NCBI GenBank assembly: GCA_963667565.1 | Contig: OY763415.1 | Span: 192,001 to 256,000 of the forward strand | Length of the DNA: 64,000 nucleotides | Origin: Acholeplasmataceae bacterium | GTDB taxonomy: Bacteria; Bacillota_I; Bacilli_A; Acholeplasmatales; Acholeplasmataceae | Reading direction: 5' to 3' | Part shown: positions 21,444 through 30,626 of the stretch, one piece after another | Position numbering within the stretch: the first letter of the stretch is position 1 | Layout of the letters: the number at the start of each line of letters is the position of its first letter | Notes under the pieces: model-generated | The model's input: only the letters and a program-made list of their open reading frames with translations | Told to the model about the DNA's origin: nothing | The model's database searches: none | Program-made: the position numbers and the translations under genes

Positions 21444-21459
21444 TAGAAGATTATCAAGC

Positions 21460-21491
21460 GAGAACAATTAATTCTATAAAAAAAGACATAT
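21460..21491 (+). repeat. 32-bp direct repeat copy 2, overlapping the pepT terminator
   Basis: Identical to 19888-19919; aaaaagacatattaga pairs with tctaatttgtcttttt across the pepT stop. Confidence 0.9.
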
Positions 21492-21502
21492 TAGAAATAT
21501 AT

Positions 21503-22729
21503 CTAATTTGTCTTTTTATTTGCATTTAGTTTAATGATTTCTTTATATATCTCTACAGCTTTTTCCATTTGGTTGATAGATGCAAACTCTAATCTTCCAT
21601 GGAATTGATATCCACCAGTACCTAAATTAGGACAAATAAGCCCATCATAAGTGAGTCTTGCTCCATCTGTTCCACCTCTAATAGGTTCAATTTCAGGAGC
21701 GAGTCCACAATTTTTAGTGGCTTCAACAGCTAAATCAATGACTTCCATATGATCTTTGATGATATCATACATATTATAATAACTATCTTCTATATTTACT
21801 TGAACAGCATCATATCCCATACGTTCATTCATAAATTTAGCAATTTTTGTAAATTCTTGTTTTTGTGATTCAAATAACGCTTTATCATGATTTCTTACAA
21901 TATAATGACTTTTAGCCATTTCAACCTCGCCTTTTAATCCTGTAAGATGATTGAATCCTTCATAGTTTTCAGTAAATGCAGGATTTAAGAAAACAGGAAG
22001 AAGTGAATGAAATTCCATCGCTAAATGTAGTGCATTGATTAATTTGTTTTTAGCAGATCCTGGATGAATACTCTTTCCTATAAATGTAAGGGACACAGAA
22101 GCAGCATTGAAATTTTCATATTCAATACCACCAACTTCACTGCCATCTGCAGTATAAGCAAAATCAGCCTTAAAATAATCAAAATCAAAACGATCTGCAC
22201 CTTGCCCGATTTCTTCATCAGGTGTGAAGCATATATAAATGTCTCCATGTTTTTCATTTGGGTTTTCGGTGTAATACTTTGCGAGTTCCATAATTTCAGC
22301 GACACCACATTTATCATCAGCACCTAATAAAGTATTGCCATCAGTCACGATGATATCATCACCAATGACTCTACTTAAACTAGGAAATTGATCGGGATGC
22401 ATGGATAAACTCTCATTTAATATTATCTTAGAACCATCATACGATTTAATAATTCTTGGATTAACATTTGCTCCAGGTGCATCAGGAGAAGTGTCCACGT
22501 GTGCAATAAAACCAATAGCTTTCACATTTTCTATATTTTTATTTATTTTAGTATAGACATAACCATCTTTATCTAAAAATGCATCTAACCCAAAACCTTT
22601 TAACTCTTCAACTAACAAACGACTAAGGTTTTTTTGTTTTTCTGTTGAAGGAAAAGTATCTGATTCATGATCTGATTGTGTATCTATTTTTACATATCTT
22701 ATAAATCTTTCTATTAATGAATTCATCAT
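21503..22729 (-). CDS. pepT: Peptidase T (tripeptide aminopeptidase)
   Basis: IAHVDTSPD, LLGADDKCG, TPDEEIG, IRGGTDG. Confidence 0.97.
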   Translation of the reverse strand: MMNSLIERFIRYVKIDTQSDHESDTFPSTEKQKNLSRLLVEELKGFGLDAFLDKDGYVYTKINKNIENVKAIGFIAHVDTSPDAPGANVNPRIIKSYDGSKIILNESLSMHPDQFPSLSRVIGDDIIVTDGNTLLGADDKCGVAEIMELAKYYTENPNEKHGDIYICFTPDEEIGQGADRFDFDYFKADFAYTADGSEVGGIEYENFNAASVSLTFIGKSIHPGSAKNKLINALHLAMEFHSLLPVFLNPAFTENYEGFNHLTGLKGEVEMAKSHYIVRNHDKALFESQKQEFTKIAKFMNERMGYDAVQVNIEDSYYNMYDIIKDHMEVIDLAVEATKNCGLAPEIEPIRGGTDGARLTYDGLICPNLGTGGYQFHGRLEFASINQMEKAVEIYKEIIKLNANKKTN

Positions 22730-22770
22730 TTAGCTCCTTTTATTGATTTCTATCAATTATTATACAACAA

Positions 22771-22902
22771 ATTAATAAAATTTAACATGGATATTAATAA
22801 AATTAAGTTCAAAATTAATAAAATTAAGTTTTTATTGAAAAAAGTGTTGACAAATCAATTTTAAATAAATATAATTAAGGTGTAAGTTAAAAAAATTAAG
22901 TT
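22771..22902 (+). promoter_or_regulatory. Consensus sigma-70 promoter with phased ATTAATAAAATTAAGTT direct repeats
   Basis: TTGACA 22847, 17 bp, TATAAT 22870; repeats at 22771 (imperfect), 22793, 22814, 22886 (2 mismatches). Confidence 0.75.
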
Positions 22903-22915
22903 TTCGGGTGATATT

Positions 22916-23269
22916 ATGAAAAGATTTGAAGTGTTAAATCAATTGAATGAACACAAATTATCAACAACTCGAGCATATAAGTTGTTATATGGGCATCAAT
23001 TTAAGATGAAAAAAGCACATTTTGTCAAATTAAGAATCACAATTAAAGATGAGAAGAAGGTCACAGCATTTTTAAAATTTCTATTCTTATTTCCTATACC
23101 ACTCTTCCTTGTCAAAATCTTTATAAAGATTGCGACGAAAAAAGGAAAAGGAAATATGGATAAGATACCACTTTCAACAAACGAATTGATTGAACTTGCT
23201 TCTTATAGAGGGTTATTAGTCAATGTCGATGCGCACGACGATGCTAATATATTGATTAAAACAATATAA
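22916..23269 (+). CDS. Hypothetical protein (SHOCT-like N-terminus, hydrophobic hairpin)
   Basis: First gene of operon; architecture resembles 23804-24196. Confidence 0.6.
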   Translation: MKRFEVLNQLNEHKLSTTRAYKLLYGHQFKMKKAHFVKLRITIKDEKKVTAFLKFLFLFPIPLFLVKIFIKIATKKGKGNMDKIPLSTNELIELASYRGLLVNVDAHDDANILIKTI

Positions 23270-23283
23270 AGGAGATGAAAATC

Positions 23284-23361
23284 ATGTTCGCTGAATGCAT
23301 GTGTCTAAAAAGAAAGAGAAGATATTATCAGTGGCTAATCACATTGAAACAGTCATTATAA
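23284..23361 (+). CDS. Putative 25-aa small protein MFAECMCLKRKRRYYQWLITLKQSL (not in ORF track)
   Basis: aaggag RBS 9 nt upstream; fills the gap between two operon genes. Confidence 0.45.
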   Translation: MFAECMCLKRKRRYYQWLITLKQSL

Positions 23362-23379
23362 CAAAAGGAGAATATATAT

Positions 23380-23793
23380 ATGAAAGCTAAATATCCAGTT
23401 ATTTCCACTTGTCCAGTATGTAATCACGAATTAAAAGTTGTTAAACTTGAATGTGATCATTGTGGGACAGCAATTGAAGGAGATTTCACATTATCAAAAT
23501 TTAATTATATGAATCAAGAAAAATTATATTTTATTGAAATCTTTATTAAAAATAGAGGTAACATCAAAGCGATTGAAAAAGAGCTAAATATCAGTTATCC
23601 AACAGTTAAAAAGATGTTAGATGATGTAATTAATGAATTAGGTTATGATGCAGATTTGGATTTTGATCAAAAAGAAGACGAAGCTGAAGTAGTCAACGAA
23701 AAAATTCAATCAAAGGCAGAAGTTGTAAAAAAGTTAAAAAACAAAGAAATCAGCGCTCTAGAAGCCGTTGAATTATTAAAGAAAATTAAGTAG
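23380..23793 (+). CDS. DUF2089 family zinc ribbon + HTH protein
   Basis: CPVC...CDHC...IEGDF; RGNIKAIEKELNISYPTVKK. Confidence 0.9.
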   Translation: MKAKYPVISTCPVCNHELKVVKLECDHCGTAIEGDFTLSKFNYMNQEKLYFIEIFIKNRGNIKAIEKELNISYPTVKKMLDDVINELGYDADLDFDQKEDEAEVVNEKIQSKAEVVKKLKNKEISALEAVELLKKIK

Positions 23794-23803
23794 AGGTGAA
23801 ATC

Positions 23804-24196
23804 ATGGGTAAAGATCAATTAAAAGAAGAAAGAATGCACATTCTTGAAATGTTAAAAGATGGTACAATAAACGCTTCAGAAGCTGAAAGTTTATTAAATG
23901 CATTGGGAGAAGAAAAACAAAGTTTTTCTCAAGAAATCATTTTAGATAAACCTAAAAAAGGTGGATCATTTAAGATGTTAAAAATCTTAGTTGATTCTGA
24001 AGATGGCGACAAAGTTAGAGTTCAAATTCCTGTTGAATTTGCTAAACTATTAAAAACTGCTAAATTTAACTCAAAAGTTGAAGGTTTAGATATTGATGTT
24101 GATGCTATTGTAGAGATGGTAACAAACGGTGTTGAAGGTGAAATTGTAAACATCGAATCAGCAGATGGTGACACAGTTAAAATCTTTGTTGAATAA
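23804..24196 (+). CDS. SHOCT-like domain protein (YvlB-like N-terminus)
   Basis: EERMHILEMLKDGTINASEAESLL; DGDKVRVQIP; usual DUF2089 neighbour. Confidence 0.75.
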   Translation: MGKDQLKEERMHILEMLKDGTINASEAESLLNALGEEKQSFSQEIILDKPKKGGSFKMLKILVDSEDGDKVRVQIPVEFAKLLKTAKFNSKVEGLDIDVDAIVEMVTNGVEGEIVNIESADGDTVKIFVE

Positions 24197-24204
24197 GCAA
24201 CTTA

Positions 24205-24235
24205 AATAAAAACGTTATATTCTAACGTTTTTATT
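24205..24235 (+). terminator. Intrinsic terminator
   Basis: aataaaaacgtta / taacgtttttatt. Confidence 0.7.
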
Positions 24236-24293
24236 CGTATAATATAAACTTTTATATTATAATATAAAGTATTAGAACGGTGGGTATTAAGAC

Positions 24294-26057
24294 ATGTTGT
24301 TTAGAAAGCATTTTAAAAAGTTTTATTTAAGGTATTTTATATTTTTCCTTATTGGTATTGCAGTTTTAGTCACAATCGACTATTTACAACTAAACATACC
24401 AATGTATATAGGAGGAATCATTGATAGCCTTAAATTAGATGTTCCAGATACTCTATATATCACAAATGCGATCAAATCGATTGCAATATTATCAGCGATC
24501 ATCATGGTTGGTCGCTTTTTGTGGCGTTATACAGTTTTTGGGGCTTCAAGAAGAATTGAATCTGATTTAAGAAATGAAATGTTTGAGCATGCGACAAAGC
24601 TCTCACAATCTTTTTATAACCAAGAAAAGGTTGGAGGACTCATGACATATTTTATCAATGATTTAGAAGCGGTTAGACAATCATATGGCCGTGGGATATT
24701 AATGTTAGTTGATGGATTAGCACTGGGAAGTATCGCTCTTTATCATATGGCTTCTATGAATTCTAGATTAACGATTATTGCTGCAATCCCTATGGCGATT
24801 TTAACTGTACTTATGGTATTTATTAGAAAAGTACTTCATAAGAAGTTTAAAGAAAGACAAGAAGCATTTGAAGATTTGAGTGATTTCACACAAGAAAATT
24901 TCTCTGGTATCAGAGTCATTAAAGCTTTTGTTAGAGAGATTAAAGAATATATGTTTTTCCAAAAGAAAAACGAAGCATTTTATGATAAACAAATCAAGTT
25001 TGTTAAATCAATGGTCTTTATTAATATTATGATTGGTTTAGCACTTAATTTTGTGATCCTATTTATTGTTGTATTTGGTAGTTATTTAGTGATTGATGCG
25101 AACAATGTAGGGTTTACTGCTGGTGATTTATCTGCATATATTGCATATTTCTTATCACTTATTTGGCCTGTCATGGCATTATCACAATTTGTTGCTATCC
25201 AAGGACAAGCAACCGCAAGTGCTGAAAGATTAGGCAAATTTTTGGATACAGAAGTAGAAATTAAAGATGGTCAAGATTTAGATGATGTCACATCTCTAAA
25301 TTCAAGCATTGAAGCAAGAAATTTGACATTTAAATATCCTGATGGTGAAGAAAATGTTTTAAATGGCATTTCATTTAAGATTAAAGCTGGTGAAATGGTT
25401 GGTATTTTAGGTAGAACCGGTAGTGGTAAATCATCTCTTGTTGATCTACTCTTAAGAATTTATAACATAGAAGAAAATCAACTCTATATTGGTGGTCACG
25501 ATATCATGAAGTTACCTTTAAAACAAGTTAGACATACAATTGGCTATGTACCACAAGATAATTTCTTGTTTTCTACAACTATTAAAGAAAATATTGGGTT
25601 TTCTCATGATGAACTTTATTTAGAAGAGGTAGAGAAAGCAGCAAAACTTTCAGATGTTTATGAAAACATTGTGGAATTTACAGATGGATTTGATACGGTT
25701 TTAGGTGAACGTGGAGTTACAGTCTCAGGTGGCCAAAAACAAAGAATTAGCATTGCACGAGCACTTGCTAAAAATCCTGAGATTTTAATCTTAGATGACT
25801 CTGTTTCTGCTGTAGATACAAAGACTGAAGATGCGATTATTAAAAATCTTCATAAAGTAAGAAAAGGTAAAACAACCATCTTTATTGCACATCGTATTTC
25901 TACAGTTAAGAAGATGGATAAAATTATTTTATTAGAAGATGGAAAAGTCGTTGCAGTAGGTAATCATAAAGAATTACTTGAAACATCACCACTTTATAGT
26001 GATATGGTTAAGCGTCAACAACTTGAGACGCTTGTGGAAGGTGGTGGCAATCGATGA
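24294..26057 (+). CDS. ABC exporter half-transporter (heterodimer subunit with degenerate Walker B)
   Basis: TM domain + GRTGSGKS, VSGGQKQR, LILDDS. Confidence 0.93.
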   Translation: MLFRKHFKKFYLRYFIFFLIGIAVLVTIDYLQLNIPMYIGGIIDSLKLDVPDTLYITNAIKSIAILSAIIMVGRFLWRYTVFGASRRIESDLRNEMFEHATKLSQSFYNQEKVGGLMTYFINDLEAVRQSYGRGILMLVDGLALGSIALYHMASMNSRLTIIAAIPMAILTVLMVFIRKVLHKKFKERQEAFEDLSDFTQENFSGIRVIKAFVREIKEYMFFQKKNEAFYDKQIKFVKSMVFINIMIGLALNFVILFIVVFGSYLVIDANNVGFTAGDLSAYIAYFLSLIWPVMALSQFVAIQGQATASAERLGKFLDTEVEIKDGQDLDDVTSLNSSIEARNLTFKYPDGEENVLNGISFKIKAGEMVGILGRTGSGKSSLVDLLLRIYNIEENQLYIGGHDIMKLPLKQVRHTIGYVPQDNFLFSTTIKENIGFSHDELYLEEVEKAAKLSDVYENIVEFTDGFDTVLGERGVTVSGGQKQRISIARALAKNPEILILDDSVSAVDTKTEDAIIKNLHKVRKGKTTIFIAHRISTVKKMDKIILLEDGKVVAVGNHKELLETSPLYSDMVKRQQLETLVEGGGNR

Positions 26058-27847
26058 AAGATTTTAAGGATAATACAAGGGATCGTAGTGATAAAGAAGT
26101 ACTTATTCGGTTATTTAGCTACATGAAGCCATTTTATAAAGAATTAATTGTGATCTTTATATTAATGTTTATAGCAGTTGGTGTACAATTACTACCTTCA
26201 TTACTCCTTGGTTTAACCATTGATAATGTAGGTTCAGATTTAGATAGAGCAACTAAAATTACACGAATGATTTATTTAAGTGCAGCATTTGTTGTTCTCA
26301 TGATTGGTGGTAATGTGATTGGATATATTGAAAGCATCATGTTACAAAAAGTGGGACAAAAAACAGTTGTTAATTTAAGAAATGATATCTTTAATCACAT
26401 TGAAAATTTATCAATTGAACAAATTAACGAATTACCTGTAGGTAAGCTTGTGACAAGAGTGACTAATGATACGAATGCGATTAGTGAAATGTATACCAAT
26501 GTTTCAGTTAATTTAATAAGAAATCTACTTTACTTAGTAGGTATATTAATCGTTATTATGATTATCAATATCAAAATGGCACTTGTTGTTGTTGTTGCAA
26601 TTCCAGTAGTTCTTGGCGCAAGTGCGATTTTTAGAAAATATTCAAGATCAACATATCGCCAAATCAGATCAAATGTTGCAGAAGTAAATGCATTTTTATC
26701 TGAAAACTTATCAGGTATGAAAGTAACTCAAATTTTTAATCAAGAAGATAAAAAAGTAAGTGAGTTTAAAGATAGAAATCAAACTTTAAGAAAAAGTTAT
26801 TTACGTGAAATCTTAGTTTTTGGGATTTATAGACCCTCAATTTATGGTATTTCTGCTGTTGCTGTTGTGATTACATTACTATTAGGTTACCAAAGTGTTA
26901 TCGCAGGTGTGATGACAGCTGGATTCTTATTTAGTTTTTATTCATATGTTTCAGATTTCTTTCAACCCATCCAAGAAATTGCTGAGCAGTTTAACAGTCT
27001 TCAAAATGCTTTTGCAAGTGCAGAGAAAATATTTGATGTCTTAGATACTAAACCAGCGATTACTGATAAAGAAGGTGCTATTGAATTAGAAACATTTAGT
27101 GGTTCAATAGAATTTAGAGATGTTTGGTTCTCATATATTCCTGATGAATGGGTATTAAAAGGTATTAGTTTTAAAGTAGATCCAGGAGACACGGTTGCTT
27201 TTGTTGGTGCTACTGGTTCAGGTAAGACAACGATATTAAGTTTAATTGTTAGAAATTATGAGATTCAAAAAGGTCAGATTTTAATTGATGGTGTTGATAT
27301 TAGAGATATCAAACGTTCATCCCTTAGAAAACATATTGGACAAATGCTACAAGATGTCTTCTTGTTTAGTGGATCCATAAAGCAAAACATCTCTTTAAGT
27401 AATGAAGAAATTACCGATGAAGAAATTAAAGCAGCATCTGAATATGTTGGTGCAAATACATTTATTGACAAACTTCCTGACGGATATGATCATGTCGTGT
27501 TAGAAAGAGGAAATAATTTCTCAAGTGGTCAAAGACAATTGATTTCATTTGCAAGAGCTTTAGTGTATAAACCATCGCTAATGATTTTAGATGAAGCAAC
27601 TGCAAACATCGACTCAGAAACTGAAGAGCTTATTCAAGAGTCTTTAGAGAAGATGATGAACATTTCAACGATGCTTATCGTTGCTCACCGTTTATCAACA
27701 ATTCAACATAGTGATAAGATCATAGTCATGCAAAAAGGTGAAATCAAAGAGATGGGAAGTCATCAAGCATTACTACAAAATAAAGGGTTATATTATCATT
27801 TATATCAATTACAATATGATGAATCACCCATTGAAGAAGGAGAATAA
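26054..27847 (+). CDS. ABC exporter half-transporter (second heterodimer subunit)
   Basis: GATGSGKT, FSSGQRQ, ILDEAT; ATGA overlap with upstream gene. Confidence 0.93.
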   Translation: MKDFKDNTRDRSDKEVLIRLFSYMKPFYKELIVIFILMFIAVGVQLLPSLLLGLTIDNVGSDLDRATKITRMIYLSAAFVVLMIGGNVIGYIESIMLQKVGQKTVVNLRNDIFNHIENLSIEQINELPVGKLVTRVTNDTNAISEMYTNVSVNLIRNLLYLVGILIVIMIINIKMALVVVVAIPVVLGASAIFRKYSRSTYRQIRSNVAEVNAFLSENLSGMKVTQIFNQEDKKVSEFKDRNQTLRKSYLREILVFGIYRPSIYGISAVAVVITLLLGYQSVIAGVMTAGFLFSFYSYVSDFFQPIQEIAEQFNSLQNAFASAEKIFDVLDTKPAITDKEGAIELETFSGSIEFRDVWFSYIPDEWVLKGISFKVDPGDTVAFVGATGSGKTTILSLIVRNYEIQKGQILIDGVDIRDIKRSSLRKHIGQMLQDVFLFSGSIKQNISLSNEEITDEEIKAASEYVGANTFIDKLPDGYDHVVLERGNNFSSGQRQLISFARALVYKPSLMILDEATANIDSETEELIQESLEKMMNISTMLIVAHRLSTIQHSDKIIVMQKGEIKEMGSHQALLQNKGLYYHLYQLQYDESPIEEGE

Positions 27848-27848
27848 A

Positions 27849-29234
27849 ATGTTAAGTAAAAAAGAATTGCAACAATTAATTGATGAAGCATTATCGACTG
27901 GTGCTGATTTTGCTGAAATATTTTTAGAAGATACACATGCATCAGGTATGCGCATCACTAAAGGAGATGTCACATCTGTTAACAAAAACAATGTTCACGG
28001 TGTTGGTGTCAGACTTATTTTAGGCGTTGATGAAGTTTATGGTTACACCAATGAACAAAATTATGAAAGTGTATTAAATGTTGTTAACAATTTAAAACAA
28101 TCATTTAATGGACCTTTAACTCAATCTGTACCATTAGGAGATAAAAAACCTTATGTGACAAATTTAAAAAGAAGTATAGATTCAGTGTCTAATGATGAAA
28201 GAGCTGAAAAACTCATTAAGTTATCTAACAAGATGAGTGCATATGATGATAGAATTATTCAATCAATGGCTATGCTTTCTGAAACTGAACAAAAGGTTTT
28301 AATCGCTAATTCAAAAGGTGTATATCAAGATGATTTAAGAGTATATACACGTGTTTTCTTAGTTGCAGTCGCTAAAGATGGCGATAATATGCAACAAGGA
28401 TATGAGTCACAAGGTAGATATATGGGATTTGAAATATTTGATGAGGTTGATTTTGATCAATATGCGCAAGAAACTGCAGAAAGTGCAATTGGTTTATTAT
28501 CCGCAGAAGACATTGAGTCACAAGTGATGCCAGTTGTCTTAAATAATGGATTTGGTGGGGTTATTTTTCATGAAGCATGTGGACATCCACTTGAAGCAAC
28601 TGCAGTTGCTAAAGGATTATCTCCATTTGTTGGCAAATTAGGTGAAAAAGTTGGATCTGATGTTGTGACAGCTTATGATGATGGTGATGTCGAAGGTGCA
28701 TGGGGACGTTTAACTTTTGATGATGAAGGTAAGAAGACACAAAAAAACTTACTCATTGAAAATGGTGTTTTAAAAGGTTATCTTATCGACTTTAGAAATG
28801 GTCGCAAAATGAACATGGATCCTACGGGTTCAGCAAGAAGACAATCATATAAATATTCACCTACATCAAGAATGAATTCAACATATATTGCACCTGGTAA
28901 AGATAAACCTGAGGATATCATTAAAGATACTAAATACGGTTTATATGCTAAAAAACTTGGTGGTGGTACAGTAAACCCAGCATCTGGTGAATTTAACTTT
29001 GCGGTTGCTGAAGGTTACATGATCGAAGATGGTAAATTAACAACACCAGTTCGAGGAGCAATGCTTATCGGACATGGTAAAGATGTTTTATTTAAAATAG
29101 ATAGAGTTGCTGATAACTTATTGTTTGGACAAGGTATGTGTGGTTCACTCTCAGGAAGTATTCCTGTTGATGTTGGACAACCAACGATTAGAGTATCAGA
29201 AATGACTGTTGGTGGAAACGGAGGACGCAAATAA
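27849..29234 (+). CDS. tldD: TldD metalloprotease
   Basis: FHEACGHPLE zinc motif, DDEG, GMCG...VGQP; ATG 27849 after aggag. Confidence 0.92.
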   Translation: MLSKKELQQLIDEALSTGADFAEIFLEDTHASGMRITKGDVTSVNKNNVHGVGVRLILGVDEVYGYTNEQNYESVLNVVNNLKQSFNGPLTQSVPLGDKKPYVTNLKRSIDSVSNDERAEKLIKLSNKMSAYDDRIIQSMAMLSETEQKVLIANSKGVYQDDLRVYTRVFLVAVAKDGDNMQQGYESQGRYMGFEIFDEVDFDQYAQETAESAIGLLSAEDIESQVMPVVLNNGFGGVIFHEACGHPLEATAVAKGLSPFVGKLGEKVGSDVVTAYDDGDVEGAWGRLTFDDEGKKTQKNLLIENGVLKGYLIDFRNGRKMNMDPTGSARRQSYKYSPTSRMNSTYIAPGKDKPEDIIKDTKYGLYAKKLGGGTVNPASGEFNFAVAEGYMIEDGKLTTPVRGAMLIGHGKDVLFKIDRVADNLLFGQGMCGSLSGSIPVDVGQPTIRVSEMTVGGNGGRK

Positions 29235-30541
29235 TGTTTAAGAAATGGTTAGAACTAGGACTTAGTAAAGGTATTTCAGATTTAGAAATATTTGCGACAC
29301 AAAGTAGAAGCTTAAAATTATCTTTATATAAAGGAAAACTAGATCAAAATGTATTAAGCGATGTATCATCAGTATCGATTAGAGGAATCTATGATGGAAA
29401 ATTAAGTCGTGTACATTTTGAAAACTTAAGCGATGATAATGCAGCAAGTTATTTAGATGCATTAATTGAAAATGCAAAAGCACTTACAGTAAAAGAACCT
29501 GCGATTATTTATGAGGGTTCAAAATCTTATCCTGAAGTAGACAATGAATTATTTGATTTTGCATCTGTCCCAATGATTGATAAAATTGAATTGATTAAAA
29601 CTTTAGAATCAAAAATCTTGGAAAATGAGTTTGTTTCACAAGTACAATCAACGATTTATCAAGAATCATATTCAAAAACTGTTTTAGTCAACTCTAAAGG
29701 TTTAAATTTAGAAAGAGAAAATACATTTGCATATTGTTATTCTATTGGTGTATTCCAAAAAGATGATGATATCAAAACAGCTGCTGAGATCAAAATTGCT
29801 AAAAAATTCAGTGATTTTAATGCATTAGAACTTGCAGAAAAAACCATTAAAACAGGTGTAAGTAAATTAGGTGGTAAATCTATAAAATCTGGATCTTATC
29901 CAGTGGTATTTAAAAATGAAATGTTTTCAGATGTTTTATCTGGATACTTAAGCGTATTTACAGGTGAATCAGCATATCGCGATTTATCACAATTAAAAGG
30001 TAAAGTAGGAGAAGAAATAGCAGTACCTGAACTAAACCTTATTGATGACCCACTGACTGATCTAGCTTTATTTAAAACACCTTTTGATGATGAAGGTGTT
30101 GCGTGTGCTAAAAAATATTTAATTGAAAACGGTGTTTTTAAAGGTTTCATGCATAATCTTAAAACAGCTGCTATTTTCAATGAAGAACCTACTGGCCATG
30201 CATTTAGAGGTAGTATTGGACCAACTAATATTTATGTAGAACCCTCAAATATTTCATTTGATGAAATGATTAAAGATATTAAAGAAGGTGTATTTATTAC
30301 AGATTTGGTTGGATTACATGCTGGTGTTAATGCTGTATCTGGTGAGTTTAGTGCTCAAGCTGGTGGCTTTAAAATCAAAGATGGCAAAATTGATCATCCA
30401 ATAAAAATGATTGTTGTATCTGGTAATTTCTTTAAAATGATTAAAGCAATTAAATCATTTGATAATGAATTAGAATTTAGTACATCATCTATTGGAAGTC
30501 CAAATGTTTATATTGAATCATTAATGATTGGTGGAGAATAA
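29234..30541 (+). CDS. pmbA: PmbA/TldE protein
   Basis: PFDDEG, GLHAG...SGEFS, no HExxxH; coupled to tldD. Confidence 0.88.
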   Translation: MFKKWLELGLSKGISDLEIFATQSRSLKLSLYKGKLDQNVLSDVSSVSIRGIYDGKLSRVHFENLSDDNAASYLDALIENAKALTVKEPAIIYEGSKSYPEVDNELFDFASVPMIDKIELIKTLESKILENEFVSQVQSTIYQESYSKTVLVNSKGLNLERENTFAYCYSIGVFQKDDDIKTAAEIKIAKKFSDFNALELAEKTIKTGVSKLGGKSIKSGSYPVVFKNEMFSDVLSGYLSVFTGESAYRDLSQLKGKVGEEIAVPELNLIDDPLTDLALFKTPFDDEGVACAKKYLIENGVFKGFMHNLKTAAIFNEEPTGHAFRGSIGPTNIYVEPSNISFDEMIKDIKEGVFITDLVGLHAGVNAVSGEFSAQAGGFKIKDGKIDHPIKMIVVSGNFFKMIKAIKSFDNELEFSTSSIGSPNVYIESLMIGGE

Positions 30542-30556
30542 TCTCCACCTTTTTTA
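30530..30556 (+). terminator. Intrinsic terminator
   Basis: ggtggaga / tctccacc then T run. Confidence 0.8.
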
Positions 30557-30611
30557 TTGACTTAATTGCTTATATGAAGTATACTTAAATTAAAATTAAG
30601 GTTAGCCTTAA
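30557..30611 (+). promoter_or_regulatory. ZIP-mntR promoter with DtxR/MntR-type operator
   Basis: TTGACT(30557)-17 bp-TATACT(30580); ttaaggttagccttaa at 30596-30611 is the exact reverse complement of the mntH site. Confidence 0.8.
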
Positions 30612-30626
30612 ATTTGGAGGAATTTT

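Noticed and set aside
22771..22830. Direct repeats as a mini-CRISPR or plasmid iterons
   Set aside because: Spacers are only 4-5 bp, with no cas or rep gene; better explained as an operator.
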